DNA from: Octopus vulgaris
Taxonomy: Eukaryota
Length of the DNA: 62,000 nt
Reading direction: 5' to 3'
Assembly (NCBI GenBank): GCA_951406725.2
Contig: OX597823.1
Span: 38,398,001 to 38,460,000 of the forward strand
Part shown: positions 38,149 through 51,082 of the stretch, in pieces
Layout of the letters: each line of letters opens with the position of its first letter
Numbering within the stretch: position 1 is the first letter of the stretch
The notes under the pieces: generated by a model
What the model was told of the DNA's origin: nothing
The model's database searches: none
What the model saw: the letters and a program-made list of their open reading frames with translations, nothing else
Program-made: the position numbers and the translations under genes

Positions 38149-38560
38149 CTGGCTGTTGCCCATGCAACATCGATATTCTTCCCTGAGTTTGTGAAATTTT
38201 TGTAAGGCTTCACTTCCATGCGCGCCAGCTTAATTCAATTCATACTTGGTTGAAAGACACCTGTTGTTATGTCCTGTTAGTATTTTTATTGTATTTATAT
38301 TTGTGTGATATTGTCTGTTTTTTTCTGTCCTTGTTTTTGTATATATTCGCTGCTTTCTTCCAAGGAATCTAATGCTCTTGGCTTAGTTTTTCCTTGGGGC
38401 TGGCAAGACTGGAGCAATCTCAAGAATAATCAGCTGAAATTGCGAGGATAATCTGGTGCTTGACTGAGGAGTGACCCGTCCTTGTTTTCTTTGTATCGTC
38501 TATCTGGATGTTTTGTTGTCATTTTTTGTATCACCTAGCTGTCCGGATGTTTTGCGTTAT
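38149..38560 (+). mobile_element. Single-orientation copy of the repeat that forms the 9.8-10.3 kb palindrome
   Basis: GGAATCTAATGCTCTTGGCTTAGTTTTTCCTTGGGGCTGG...CAGCTGAAATTGCG matches 10141-10230. Confidence 0.8.
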
Positions 38561-38736
38561 ATACATATATATTTATACGTATATATATTTATATATATAT
38601 ATTTACATATATATGTATATATATGTATATATATGTATATGTATATATATGTATGTGTATATGTAATATGTGCATGTATGTCTATATGTATATATGTGTA
38701 TATATGTATATATATGAATGCATATATATATGTATG

Positions 38737-38770
<34 letters not shown>

Positions 38771-41094
38771 GCTCCAAAGCATATGAACAAAGTAATTATT
38801 ACATCAAACCTATAAAGTGCTTTTATTGTAGATGAAACTCTAGTCCACTGCATTATAAAAATTTATTATACAGAAAATGTTATATATACATTTAATGACT
38901 AATTTCTATTCCCTCTCAATTGATGTATTGAACTGAATTACTGTTAAAAAAAAAACTTTGATGGGGATACATTACATTTTATATTTGATCTGTTAAATTT
39001 ATGATATTGACTGTTATAAAATGACATTTTACACCTAATAACCTAACAAGTTTTCTTTTTAAAAATAAAGCTAATAATAGTTATTGTTAGCTGCTATGTA
39101 AAAGTAATGAAAGTGTTTTTAAATGTAGCATGGCAAAATAAAATTGTTAATAAAAATATCATGAATTTTATTTCTCCTAAATGTTTATGAATCTTTGAGA
39201 TCCGAAAGTAAATGTCTAAATTTCCATTTTTATCACCATCAACATTTTATACTGGCATTCATTTACTTCTTGGAACTTATATTGTCTTAAGTTCATTTCT
39301 ATTACAGAAATCTTTATAGATTTTATGAAGTTATTTTACATCAAGCATTTTTTTTTTATTTTACTATACCATTTGTACAGTGTTTTCTTACCTAGTTTCT
39401 ATTATTAGCAAATGTCTTATCATATCCATTTCTATACATTTGAATTAAATTTGAAACACTAATTAAAAATGATTTCATCTTAAAATTAGTGAAAAATCTT
39501 TTTTCCAATTTTTGTGGGGTGGAGTGCATGGAGTAGGAGTGGATTCGTCAAAGTATAATCAATCCCTATGTTGTTCTTGGGATGTTGTTCTTGTTACTGT
39601 ATTTTAATTGCATATTTTTTGGGCTATATAATCTCCTTTTATTTTATCTTTCAATACTTCTTTGAGGGTCTGCAAAGACTGGGAGCAGAACCACTTCTTC
39701 CAGGCTAACTCTTTAAAAATAAATAAATAAAAACCAGAAATGACTGTTCACTGTCTTGCTGCCTCTGAAGTTATAATTCTCATCTAAAGATCTTAGAAAT
39801 TACATTATTAATTTCCCCTGTATCTATAATTCAGGGATCCCTTTGATAAAATCTTGTCACAGAAGCTATTGTTGCTATAATACAATATTGTTGTTTGTAA
39901 ATCAACTTATTTCATATGTTTAATTCTCCTATATTGTAGATATAAACAAAAAATGTATACACTCTGTGAATGTCTGTTATGTTATTTGTATTGCATAAAA
40001 TTTATATTCTATCTCTCACAGGTAACAAATTAGCAGAGTTGTTAGAGCAGGGTTGTTAGAACTTTGTGGAATTTGTTCTAACTCACTGTGGTCTGAGTTC
40101 AAATCCCACCAAGGTCAACGTTGCCTCTTATTAATAAAAAAAAAATGAAACCAGGATGAGATAGACTGGTGGATCTGTGAAAATGCTTGACCAGATGACT
40201 TGTGGTTTTTGTTCCACGAGACATGTATGTGTTCTTGCAGTATTGGACTATGTGGATAGTAGGTTTACTCCATTAGTCAGTTTAACACACCACTACCTGC
40301 TACCCTTCATACCTTTAGTAGACATCTGTTTCTTTCAAGCATTTGAGTCAAGTCTCTTCCCAGCAGTCTTGGAGGCTCTGTTATAGGTCAAGGGTTCCAC
40401 CATCCTCCCTCACTATAAAATACCAACCATTATTTAGTGCTTTAACCATTTTTGTGTATTTATTTTCTTCTAATTGATTTTTCAAGAATCTTAATTTTTG
40501 TTTTTTTTTAATTTCATATTAAAATTTGCTATAACTTTAGATTTTAGGGCCAAGAAAAGAAACTTTGAAACAGCATACAGTCCTTACATAAGTTGAAAAT
40601 TTCTTACAAAATATTTTAATTTCTCTTTTGATGAGAAATTTAATATTCTTTGGGAGTTAGTTTCCTTTTCATAGATGAAATAACTATTGCTTGAAAATGA
40701 AAATGTAAGAGTTATTTTTAATTAATTCTTATATTTTAACAGTTTAAATATATTTCTCAGATGAACTGTTATTAAAATAACAAGTCAATAAAGTCAGGAG
40801 TGATAATATATATTTAGAATGAAGACATGGGTTCTGTGGTAGTGCAATGACTTAGGAAAAATCAAAGTGTTTGTTTGAAAAATCTGCTTAGAAGGATAGT
40901 ATAACTGTTAAATAATTTATAAAGCATATAAAATTGACATGATCTTGTTTCTTGTGGCCAGAAGTAGAGGTGAAATACAACTCATTGCATTATTATTTTA
41001 ATACTAACACAAAAGATTAAATTAATCATCTGATCATTTGTTACTGATCTAAAAGTAATGTAAATTATTTAAGCTGTTATGTTGTGCATGTGTG

Positions 41095-41129
<35 letters not shown>

Positions 41130-41269
41130 AACACAGTGAACTACTTGTATTTTATTTTTATTGACTTATCAAATCACTTGACATGATCACTCTGTAGTAG
41201 AAGATGATGGCTTAGCTTGTTGGTTCAAACAATCTTTCATTGTTTTATGAGTGAAATAATGACTTAGGT

Positions 41270-41680
41270 TTTCATCATCATCATTGTTATTCAGTTGAGC
41301 TTATTCAAATTTGCCCAACTCAATCATGCCACTTAATATCATGTTCCTGTAGAACATTGGGGAGATCAGCATAGCAAGAGCTCGTGTCCAAACAGAACTG
41401 GTCAATGAATGGTTTTGTTGGATACCCAACCAATGCTTATATGTCTACAAGAATAATAAATTCCTACTGAGTTCTTCAGCAATGTCATGCAAAATGTCTT
41501 TACTTTCTACAATGATATTAGTGATTTCAAGAAGACTGTCATATACAGTCTTTGCTTGGTCAGATGATTTTTCCTGGAAATATTCAGAATAATCAATACC
41601 ATGCAAATCCAGGTAAGACAAATCATGAAGCAATTTTTTGCATCCTTTTCTGTGGATGTGATATTACTGCCTAAGATAAC
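41270..41680 (-). mobile_element. RTE-X-like LINE 3' fragment with (ATG)n tail
   Basis: Frameshifted translation ILNISRKNHLTKQRLY|DSLLEITNIIVE...GYPTKPFIDQFCLDT...DLPNVLQ...ISST then ATGATGATG. Confidence 0.7.
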
Positions 41681-41689
41681 TGTCTACCA

Positions 41690-44600
41690 GATTTAACTTA
41701 TGTGAACCCAACCTGTAATGCAGGAACACATGTCAGGTTGAGGCCAAACATTTGGTGTCTCACATAAGAAAAGGTACATTGCTGGTTGTTAATTAGCTGC
41801 TTTGTACACTCATGTTTATCATTGAGACATTCAGTTTGTGGTGAATCAATGTATTAGTCTCCATTATAGATGATTCAATTTTATTTGTGGTTCTCATTCA
41901 TAAGCATTGATGCTACAAAGTTTCAAATTTCCTTCAACTGTTTCCTTTGCCTTTTTCATCTGTACTTTCTTTCGTGTAGATGTGAGTAAAACAGCTATTT
42001 GAGCAACTGATAGTTCAGTATAACTTGACCAGCTCATCAAAGTTGATGTTGTGTAATCATGATTATATTGTTTGAGATATTGTGTGTTATGCCATTGAAT
42101 CTGGTATGATTTTTCTTGGCTACCTCTGGTGTTATATTTCCAGCTTGCAGATGTATTGCTTATAATTTGTTTCAGAGCTAATTAAGACATTGGGTACAAT
42201 TGCCTTAGACACCCTAAGTGTGCTTGTTTGTTTCAGATCAATGATTTTCATATACTCCTCTTCTCAGACAACCAAAGAATGCACAGGCACATTTTATCCA
42301 GTGGCATGAGTAAAACTGTTAGCAGAGGTTCATAATTTACAGAATTAACTGACTTAGTGAAAGAAAGCACTTCTCAAATGATCATGCTAATATGAAGGTT
42401 GATAGTGGAATGATTCAGCTGAGCAGTATCCTTGTTAGAATTTTTCCAGCAGTTGGAAAAAGTGAAACTCTTCTGTAGTTATAATCTCATTTGTCTTTGT
42501 CTTCCTCCTTGAAGATGGTAATAATCGTCATATCTCTGAAATCAAAAGGTATCTCTTCTTGCATTTAGATTAGCAGAAACAGTGCATGTTTTTTTTTTTT
42601 AGTGTTTCATACTCAAGTTTATATATTTCACCCAGAACCCTGTCAGACATGGGCTTCCTGTTTTTTTAATCTCTTTTTATTTCTATGGAATATGGATGGT
42701 GTTGATTTTTTGCTGTGATGTTATGGGTGCAGAAAAGCTGTTTATCATCAGTCTTTATAGCAGACCAGAGACATTTTCCTGACTGAACAGTCACAATTAA
42801 CCAAGTTGAAAATTATTTCCGTCAATTGCTGAGAGATGCTTTTACCTTTATAAGTTTTTTAAGTCTTTAAATGTGTGGATTGTCGGCCCTACTGATATGC
42901 AAGTATCATAGAGTGTTTTAATAATACTGAAGAAATCTCCCAGAAACTTTCTGGATTTTGAGATCTCTGACCTGCCACGAGTTGAGCTTCATTGCATAAG
43001 TTTGTTTCTGGACTGAAATCTTAGCTGGTAGGTTTTCCTTTTGCAGTATTCTTATAATTTTGGTAGGTATAAAAATCACTCTCTTTTTCTCCTTGATCAG
43101 TTATTTGATTTGGATATTATTTTCATGAAAACATTTTTTCTATTTTTGCTGTGAAGTCTATGGAGATACTTATCTTCAGGGTGCCTCATGTACTTTCAAC
43201 ATTATTACAATGTTCCAAGCTGATAGACAACAGTTTATCATGTAGGTGCTTCTGAAATTGCACTACTTTTGCTGTGTGAGAAAGATTTAAGTCTTGATTT
43301 TCTGATGGCATAATTTCTGCTACTTATGTCACTCTGGAGTGAGTTAAATTGCCATGTTAGATTGTATTAGGTGGTGATCTGTCCAGAATTGTCAATGCCT
43401 GTCATGACAAATGTTAGATGCACATCCTTGTAATCATAGGTCCATGCAATGACATAGTTAATCATATGCTAAGTACTTTGATCTTGGATACTGTTAGAAA
43501 CACTTGTGTATATTTGTTGAAAAAAGTGTGTAATAACTAAGTTGTACTCCTCACATCTACTTAGAAGCAGTATATTTGATAGCTTTCCTGTGGCTTCCTT
43601 TCCACTTATGTCATTCTAGAGGTTTAAATCTTTGTTGCTGAAGTCATTCACTATGATAATTTAGATTGTATCATGATATTCTGTACAGAATACTCTGTGT
43701 TACTATAAAATTCTTCTTTATCTTCTGTGTTTGCATCAAGTGTGAAGCACATTTCTACTGGTGACTGTTGCATTTGTGTTAGAGCCACCAAGCTTTAGGC
43801 AGAGAATCAGCAGTCTTTCACTGATGCCAATAGGTTGTTCATATAACCTTCCAGTCAGATCATTGTGGATTGCACAGTCTGTTCCACATGAAGTGAACAG
43901 CTATTTGAAGAGAGAACTTAAGAAGGAACAAACAGCTGTCAACCAAGAACTGATGCCATGGCCATTTCAAAGACTTGGTTAATTATAATTAAGCAACCAA
44001 AGAAAGATCTTTGGACAACATTGCATAATGACCAATGACCAATGATGTACTACCTGGCATTGTAGAAATCTCCACCCCAAAATACAATCCATTCCATAAA
44101 AGAATAAGGCACTCAAGTCTGTCTGGATTTTGGCTGAAATATATAAACTTATGCATCATCAGCTAACCTTGTCTTAGTAAGGAGCATAGTGTCAATGTTG
44201 AAGCATGCCAATTCTCTTGAAATAAGTATTACCCATCATTCTGGTTGAAAGCTGTTTGGCTTCTCAATAAAGATTTAAATGTTCTTAGATCCAACTCATA
44301 TTATCTATCATTTCTTTTATCTACATAAAGATGACTCTTCTGGATGTAGAAGTCCTTTTGGACAACTAGGACAGGCTGTGCTTCAGAAATTTTTTGTAAC
44401 CTCTTCCCAGTGCAAGATTAGTGGGGCAGATCACAGGAAGAAGTGTTAAGACAGTTTCAGCTGCCAAATGATAATTCTATCTTTATTTAAATGTCTGATA
44501 AACATCATTTGATTGCTACTTCCCTATTTTTTATGTTTAGGGTCTTCCACATGGTGTAATCTGTGAGCTAGTGGTTGTCATTAACAAATGACAGCTCACA

Positions 44601-44780
44601 GGTACACTATAGCTTCTCACTATGTTTTCTATTATATAATAGCTTCTACAGTTCTGTATACCACTACCATTGTCACCCAACTCACCTCTCTTCTTTTTGC
44701 CATCCCTCACTGTTTCAACTAGAATCCTTTGATCAATTATCTGTTTGACTGGGGCAACCCTGGGTCTAAACAACTACTTT
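41690..44780 (-). mobile_element. Near full-length, heavily decayed RTE LINE lacking the RT core
   Basis: In order on minus: ISRELACFNIDTMLLTKTRLADD (APE), FRDMTIITIFK..NYRRVSLFPTAGKILTRILL (RT start), a jump to KLEI*HQR..RKI and QHQL**AGQV..K*LFYSHL (thumb). Confidence 0.75.
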
Positions 44781-45080
44781 ACAATGAGTTCTGTCTGGAA
44801 AGCAAAAAGGAAACTACTTTAAGACTTGCAATAAAATAGTTCTTAAAAGTCTGAACATTGATATTTTTTATAGAAGTGGGAGACAGTAGTTGAAAACCAT
44901 ACTCTTTATTATTTTTGACTGAAGCCAAAGCTACTTAACAAATAGAGTTATATGAAAATGTAACTGCAGCAAGCTGCTTTTAAGGAGGATCACCAATACC
45001 GCCATACTTGACTTGGGAAGAAGTAGTTTCATTGCAATCATTGTCTAGACATGTTTTTGTTATTTACATCAGAATTATTG

Positions 45081-45108
45081 AGAGAGAGATTGAGAGAGAG
45101 AGAGAGAG

Positions 45109-45170
<62 letters not shown>
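45081..45170. repeat. (GA)n microsatellite
   Basis: Direct. Confidence 0.95.
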
Positions 45171-45173
<3 letters not shown>

Positions 45174-46449
45174 ATCACACAGTTATTCAATTTCAAATTT
45201 TTATTTATTTATTTTTCTTGTAACGTATAATTTTCAGACCTGAAACATTTCCACAGTTGAGTAAGTAGATAAAAAATGTACAAAAACAAAGCAAGAAATA
45301 ATAGCCCTTTTTTATGATTATAGCTACATGTTGTATCAACAGGGCTGAAAAGAAATGAGGTTAAATTTCATAAACTAAAAATGTACTGTAAATATAAACC
45401 CGCCATCTGATTTTAAAATTTTTTCAAATATTTAGTTGTAATTTATAGATTATTATATATATGTGAGCATGTGTGTGTGTGTATGATTAACATCCACTTT
45501 CCAAGTTAGTATGGCTTTAACTTATATGTGGCAGGATGTTATGGTTGAATACTCTTCCTTTACATGTTTTTCAAGTAAGGGATTTTTTCCTTTATTCCAT
45601 AAGCATTGAGTGGCCAGTCATAATGTCAAGAAGGAATGTAGATATCACAGTTTCACTCAGTCAGTGACTAATAAACCATGGAATATTAACATTCATGTAT
45701 GTGCTTGCACACACACACACAACACAACACATGCCATATGACTTATTTCTTATGATTTCCCATTGACTTGGGGCATTCTTGTAGTTTCCATTAGTTGCTT
45801 TGGGGTAATATTAGATGTCATTTGATCAAAGTGCTACACAGTGCAACAGAGCCTAAAACAATGTTGTCATGAAGTGAATTTGTTAACCCCCCCCTCCCAC
45901 ACACACACACATACTGAGAGAGAGGGGGAGATTGCTAAAAATATCATCTTTATTGTCTTTAGTTTCAGTGACTTTGATTTTATGCTATTTCATTGCATGA
46001 AATCACTAAATAATGTATTTTAATGTAAAATATTTATGTAGAATATTGGTTGCCATTTACGGAAAGTAAGAAAACTGCAAAAGAATGAAACAGTAGATTT
46101 TAGAAACTTCTTACTAATTAAATCATTATTACTATTCTGTGCTGTTTCTATTTTTAAATTTGAACCATTGCAAGTGACTTTATGACCCAATCAACTAGTT
46201 TTTCATTAAATTAAAAAAGGCATGTTATTATATTTTGCATGTAAAGCTGGTACTCCATGTAAAATTGGTGGAAATAAGATATTTTTTATAAGAATATGTG
46301 ACAGGATTTAATGAAAGAGGTATCAAGAGTTGATTATTGATAATAATTGATAGAGAAGATGAAAAAAGACTGAGAAATGTTCAGTTATATGTGGTTTAAA
46401 AGATTTCAGTATTTCTTTAAAACTGAGAACAAATAGTAACCTGTCTAAA

Positions 46450-46750
46450 ATCACGAGGTAGTGAGTTTAATTCTTGGAGCAGGCTGTGTGTTGTGTTCTT
46501 GAGCAAGACACTTTATTTTATGTTGCTCCAGTTCACTCAGCTGTAGAAATGAGTTGTGACATCACTAGTGCCAAGCTGTATTGGCCTTTGCCTTTCCCTT
46601 AGATAACATCAGTAGCATGGAAAGAGGAGACTGGTATGCATGAGCGACTGCTGGTCTTCCATAAACAACCTTACCCAGACGTGTACCTTTGTAGTAGCTT
46701 TTTAGGTGCAGTCCCATGGTCATTCATGACTGAAAGATGTCTACCCTTTA
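46450..46750 (+). mobile_element. tRNA-derived SINE
   Basis: GTGAGTTTAATTCTTGG...TTCTTGAGCAAGACACTTTATTTTATGTTGCTCCAGTTCACTCAGCTGTAGAAATGAG; core shared with the 1.5-kb SINE. Confidence 0.7.
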
Positions 46751-47750
46751 TCCATGCCACCATAGAGAAATAGGCATAAAAACCATTCGTGTATTGATCT
46801 TATTTAAGAGCAATTGATTTGGGTATTGAAAAATACCAAACTCTTTGTCAGTTGGATCTCCTACTTGTGTGCTACTCTCTTTTCTGGATAAGTTAAGAGA
46901 TATAAACTTACAACTGTTTACCTATTTTTTTGTCATGACATATCAAACTTTTGATATTAATAAATATTTAGTGTCTCTGCAACATCTTTGTTAAATATTT
47001 CCCCAACCCTAATATTGTTGTTATCCTCAAATATCATTTATTTGCACAAGCCAATCAAAATTGTACATTGTAAGTTTACGGAGAAATGTGTAGATTAAAC
47101 ATATATTGTATTGTTTTATAAGTACTCACTGAAATGTGTCATTTTATTCCACATCTTCACCAATTTCTCTGACTCCACCTGAGCTAGCCACATTACTCCT
47201 ATTCTGCCAGACACCTTTTTCTGTCTCTCAGTACAACTCCCCCATTAATTGAGGCATCATGTCTTGCAAGTTACTTGGTGACGTCACTGCTATTGGTACA
47301 ACATAAAAAGCACCCAGTACACTTTTTTAAGATGTTGGCATTAGGAAGGGCATTTAGCCATAGAAATCATGCTAAAGCAAACAGCAGCGCTTGGTGCTGT
47401 CTTTTGACTTGCCAGTTCTGTCAAACTGTCCAACCCATGTCAGCATGGAATGCAAACATTAAATGATGATGATATGAAGTTGCTTGTCTTTCATTAATTG
47501 TTCAGTGTTTCCTGCTGTAGTTGAACAATTCAATAAATTCTTGTTTGGTTGAATGTCAACCCAGCAGAATCTTGGAAAATAAATTGTATAGAGTAGTTAG
47601 AATTTAACATTCTGCCCTAAGTAATGTATGAATAGTGATATTTTATACAGTTGAGTAACAAAATATAAACTCCTCAAGTCAGTGTTGTCAAGGTGTTGTT
47701 CTTAGTCAACACCACTGAAGAGCAGTGACATAGATGTTAAGCCTCTAGTT

Positions 47751-48082
47751 CAGTAGATCACAACCATTTTTTATCTATGGACTCCTTTGATTCCTATTTT
47801 ATTCTGGTGTATCTCCATAGCCATTTAATGTTTAAAAACTAGTTTTACAGATACTTCTTTCAAAATTCCTATTTTGCTGTCCACTCATTAACTTGTGTAG
47901 GTTGAACTATGTAAAATGTTTGAGAAAGAAATTTAGCTATTTATTGCAATAAATACATCTAAATCAAAATGTTTTCATGGTCTCTTAATATACTACTGTG
48001 GGTCCCCAATTTTGCCTGTGAGGACCCCCAAAAGTCTTATATGGACCCCTAGGGTCATATGGACTGTGGTTAAGAACCACTG
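47751..48082. mobile_element. hAT (Charlie-like) MITE, 332 bp
   Basis: TIRs CAGTAGATCACAACC / GGTTAAGAACCACTG (CAGTGGTTCTCAACC type); 8-bp TSD CTCTAGTT / CTTTAGTT. Confidence 0.75.
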
Positions 48083-50711
48083 CTTTAGTTGGCTTTACTG
48101 GTACTAACCAGCTCATCTTTTGTGTACATACTAACTTTAGATTTGGGATTTTAAATGGATGAAAAATAACTGAGTTTGAGGTGGAAGATTAGGTTACTAA
48201 ATCAAATTACATAGAATTCCTCCTTGCTTGTTTGTGATTATGTAGATTATATTGGTGGTGACTTTACAGTTTTTTTGAGGTTTTGTGTTTGTTGTGTGTT
48301 TGATTTTATTATTTTGCATAATGAAATTTTTGTTAGTCATTTTAAAATTGTTTTCCAATATCTTATATTTGATTTATTTCGATGTCTTTAATAGCAGCCC
48401 AAAGATTATGATGTAACCTTTAATAGTAACCACCAGGTCATGATGTATCTTTTAGTGGCAACCATATCAGATCTACACTTATTTAAATAAAAGTAACTTA
48501 TCTTATCTATCAACTTCATTTGCAAATAAGGTGTTTACCTTTATTTCTTAATAAAATTCCATTTTTTTAGAATTTGACAAAATATGGGAAGTTTGCTTAG
48601 AAAATTTTTCTTTAATCCAAATTAGACTAATACCTTTATTTTTATCACTTTAATTGCAATTTTATTTTAGCATTTAATTCATTGAATAATATAAAGAAAA
48701 TTGTTTAGTATTAAACCACATTTTGTGACAATGGAATAAAAATATAGAAAATTGAAAGTAATTACTGATTGTTTTACTTCAGTTAAAAATACTAAAACTC
48801 ATTGACTTCTCACTATTTCTCTCTCTCTTTCTCTCTCTCTCTACATCCTGTAACTAATCAATAAAATTGTAATCAGTAATTTTGAACAGCAAATATGAAA
48901 TTGTAAACATCAAGGAGAAAAACAAAACAAAACAGCCATCTACAAAATTGCTGCTTTTTTCATTTCATAAATGTAATATACACATTGTCTTATAGCTTTC
49001 CAAAAAGTTTTTATCATTATATTAGCAAATAATACAATATTTGTAAAACATTTCAAGATATCCGAGTATCAGTTTCTATTACCATTAATAATTAATACAT
49101 GGATGTTTTAGCTTGAATAAATTTGATAGATCTGTTTGGAAATATTTGATTTTTTTTATCAACATATACTCACAACTGCTCTATTGTTAAAATATGTACT
49201 AATCTAGATAACAGTGACAGGTCAATTAAATTCAAAATATTATTCAGTGAAAATTATGCCATTTATGAAACTTTTCGATGTACCAGTGAATGTTTTATAA
49301 TACTATAGAAATGTAGATAAAAAATATGGCTGCTTATGTTAAAGAAATATTTTGTATATTATTTTGAAAATAACTCTTCTTTTTTGTTTTATTAATTAAA
49401 TTATTTAAATATATTATTTGTCAATTAGCATTAAATTATAAACAAATAAACTGGTCATTTTTATAAAATAAAGCAATATCATATATTAATTTTATAAATG
49501 TTTATCTTAATATTTAAAAATTAATCTTAATCATTTAGTCTCACTGAATATAAATAAGGTTTTAAGAATTTTTTTCTAAAAAAATAATCACAAATAGAAT
49601 AGCAATACTTTTGTGAGATTAGTACAGTTGATGGTTGTTACTAAACTTCTGGAGGTTAATGTCCGAGAGAAACTCATGTCCAGAGAAAGAATTTCAGAGA
49701 TTTGCCAGTCTGGGAAGGAATAATTATAAAATTGTTCAGTAGATGGTTTGAGCAATGAGACAGTATAGAGGTGGGAGTCTTGGGTGAGACTTAATGGAGT
49801 TATTTGTACACTATACTACTTTAGAGGAATTAATAAAAAAAAGAAAAACTAGATTTTAATTGAAGATAATTTCCTATTGTAATGATTATTTATGTGTTTT
49901 TCTTAAATCATAAAAGAACCACTGATAAATTACCAGTTAACTCAATATTGATATGTATGTTTACTTTCTCTTCTCACTATAAATTTAATAGTTGTTTCTT
50001 ATAAGGTGTTTGTATATTTAAAAACTAACTATAAACTTAAAGAGGGCACAGTGTGAAAGAAAAAATGCAGGTCAAATGTCTTGATAAAAAGTCTTTTATA
50101 AAATCTAGAATTTTGCTTCAGTTTCCAGTTAGGACTGCTTAATTTTGGCTTGGTAAGCTCGGAGGAGAGTATCAAAACTGTAACTTCACAAATATTTCAT
50201 ACCTCTTTAAAATGAATTATTTATTTACATTGTTGTTGTTTGTTCCTTCTTGAGCCATGCCTGGCTCATAAGGGTCAGTTTCTCGGTTTCATTGGTGTAT
50301 AGGTTCCCCAACTGGACAGGATACTGATCTATCACAGGTGAGCTGGTAGATGCAGGAGGAAAGATTCTATGGCTGGATGCCCTTCCTAACACCAAGCACT
50401 CTGAGAGTGTAATGGGTGCTCTTACGTGCTGCCAGCATGGGTGCCAGCTGTGTGACACTAGTATCTGCCATGGCTACAATTTCACGTGGCTTGATGGATC
50501 TTCCTTCTCAAGTACAGCATATTGCCAAAGGTCTCAGTCATTTGTCATTGCCTCTGTTTTTAATTTCTTTAGGTCATCAGTCCAAATTAAAAATTAATTT
50601 TTGTAGGATTTAATCAGTGTATTACCATTCATAAATCATTGACAACGACATAAAAATGCCAAATTGCAGAAATGCGATGGGTTGATATACTAAAAATCAC
50701 TATCATTGTGG

Positions 50712-50937
50712 TCTCTTAAGGTGGTGATTTGACAGAGTCATTAGCACACCAGACAAAATGCTTAGTGGAATTTTATCCATCCTTACATTCTGAGTTCAAA
50801 TTCTATTGAGGTCAGCTTTGCCTTTCATCTTTTCAATTTTGATAAAATAAGTACCATTTGAGCACTGGGGTTGATGTAGTCAACTTATCCCCTCCCTCAA
50901 AATTGTTGGCCTTGTGCCAAAATTTGAAACCAGTATT
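50712..50937 (+). mobile_element. SINE (GATAAAATAAGTACC...CAAAATTTGAAACC family)
   Basis: Full copy; related pieces at ~28.9, 40.05, 54.8, 56.63 and 60.46-60.68 kb. Confidence 0.7.
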
Positions 50938-51082
50938 ATTGTGGTCTGTACCTAATTCCATAAATTTTAAAGTAAATGTGCAGAATTAATAGAAAAGTCA
51001 TAATTTTAATCACGAAAGCAACTGAAGGTATCAAATTGGTCGATAATATTGTTTTAGGGAAAGTTATTAAGGATGAATATTA

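Larger units (their letters stand above)
37290..38770. repeat. Degenerate (TA)/(TATG) microsatellite field containing several retroelement fragments
   Basis: Direct; unique islands at 37554-37695, 37754-37788 and 38149-38560. Confidence 0.9.

Noticed and set aside
41445-41633. 62-aa ORF as a host exon
   Set aside because: It is one frame of a frameshifted RTE-X C-terminus leading to an (ATG)n tail.
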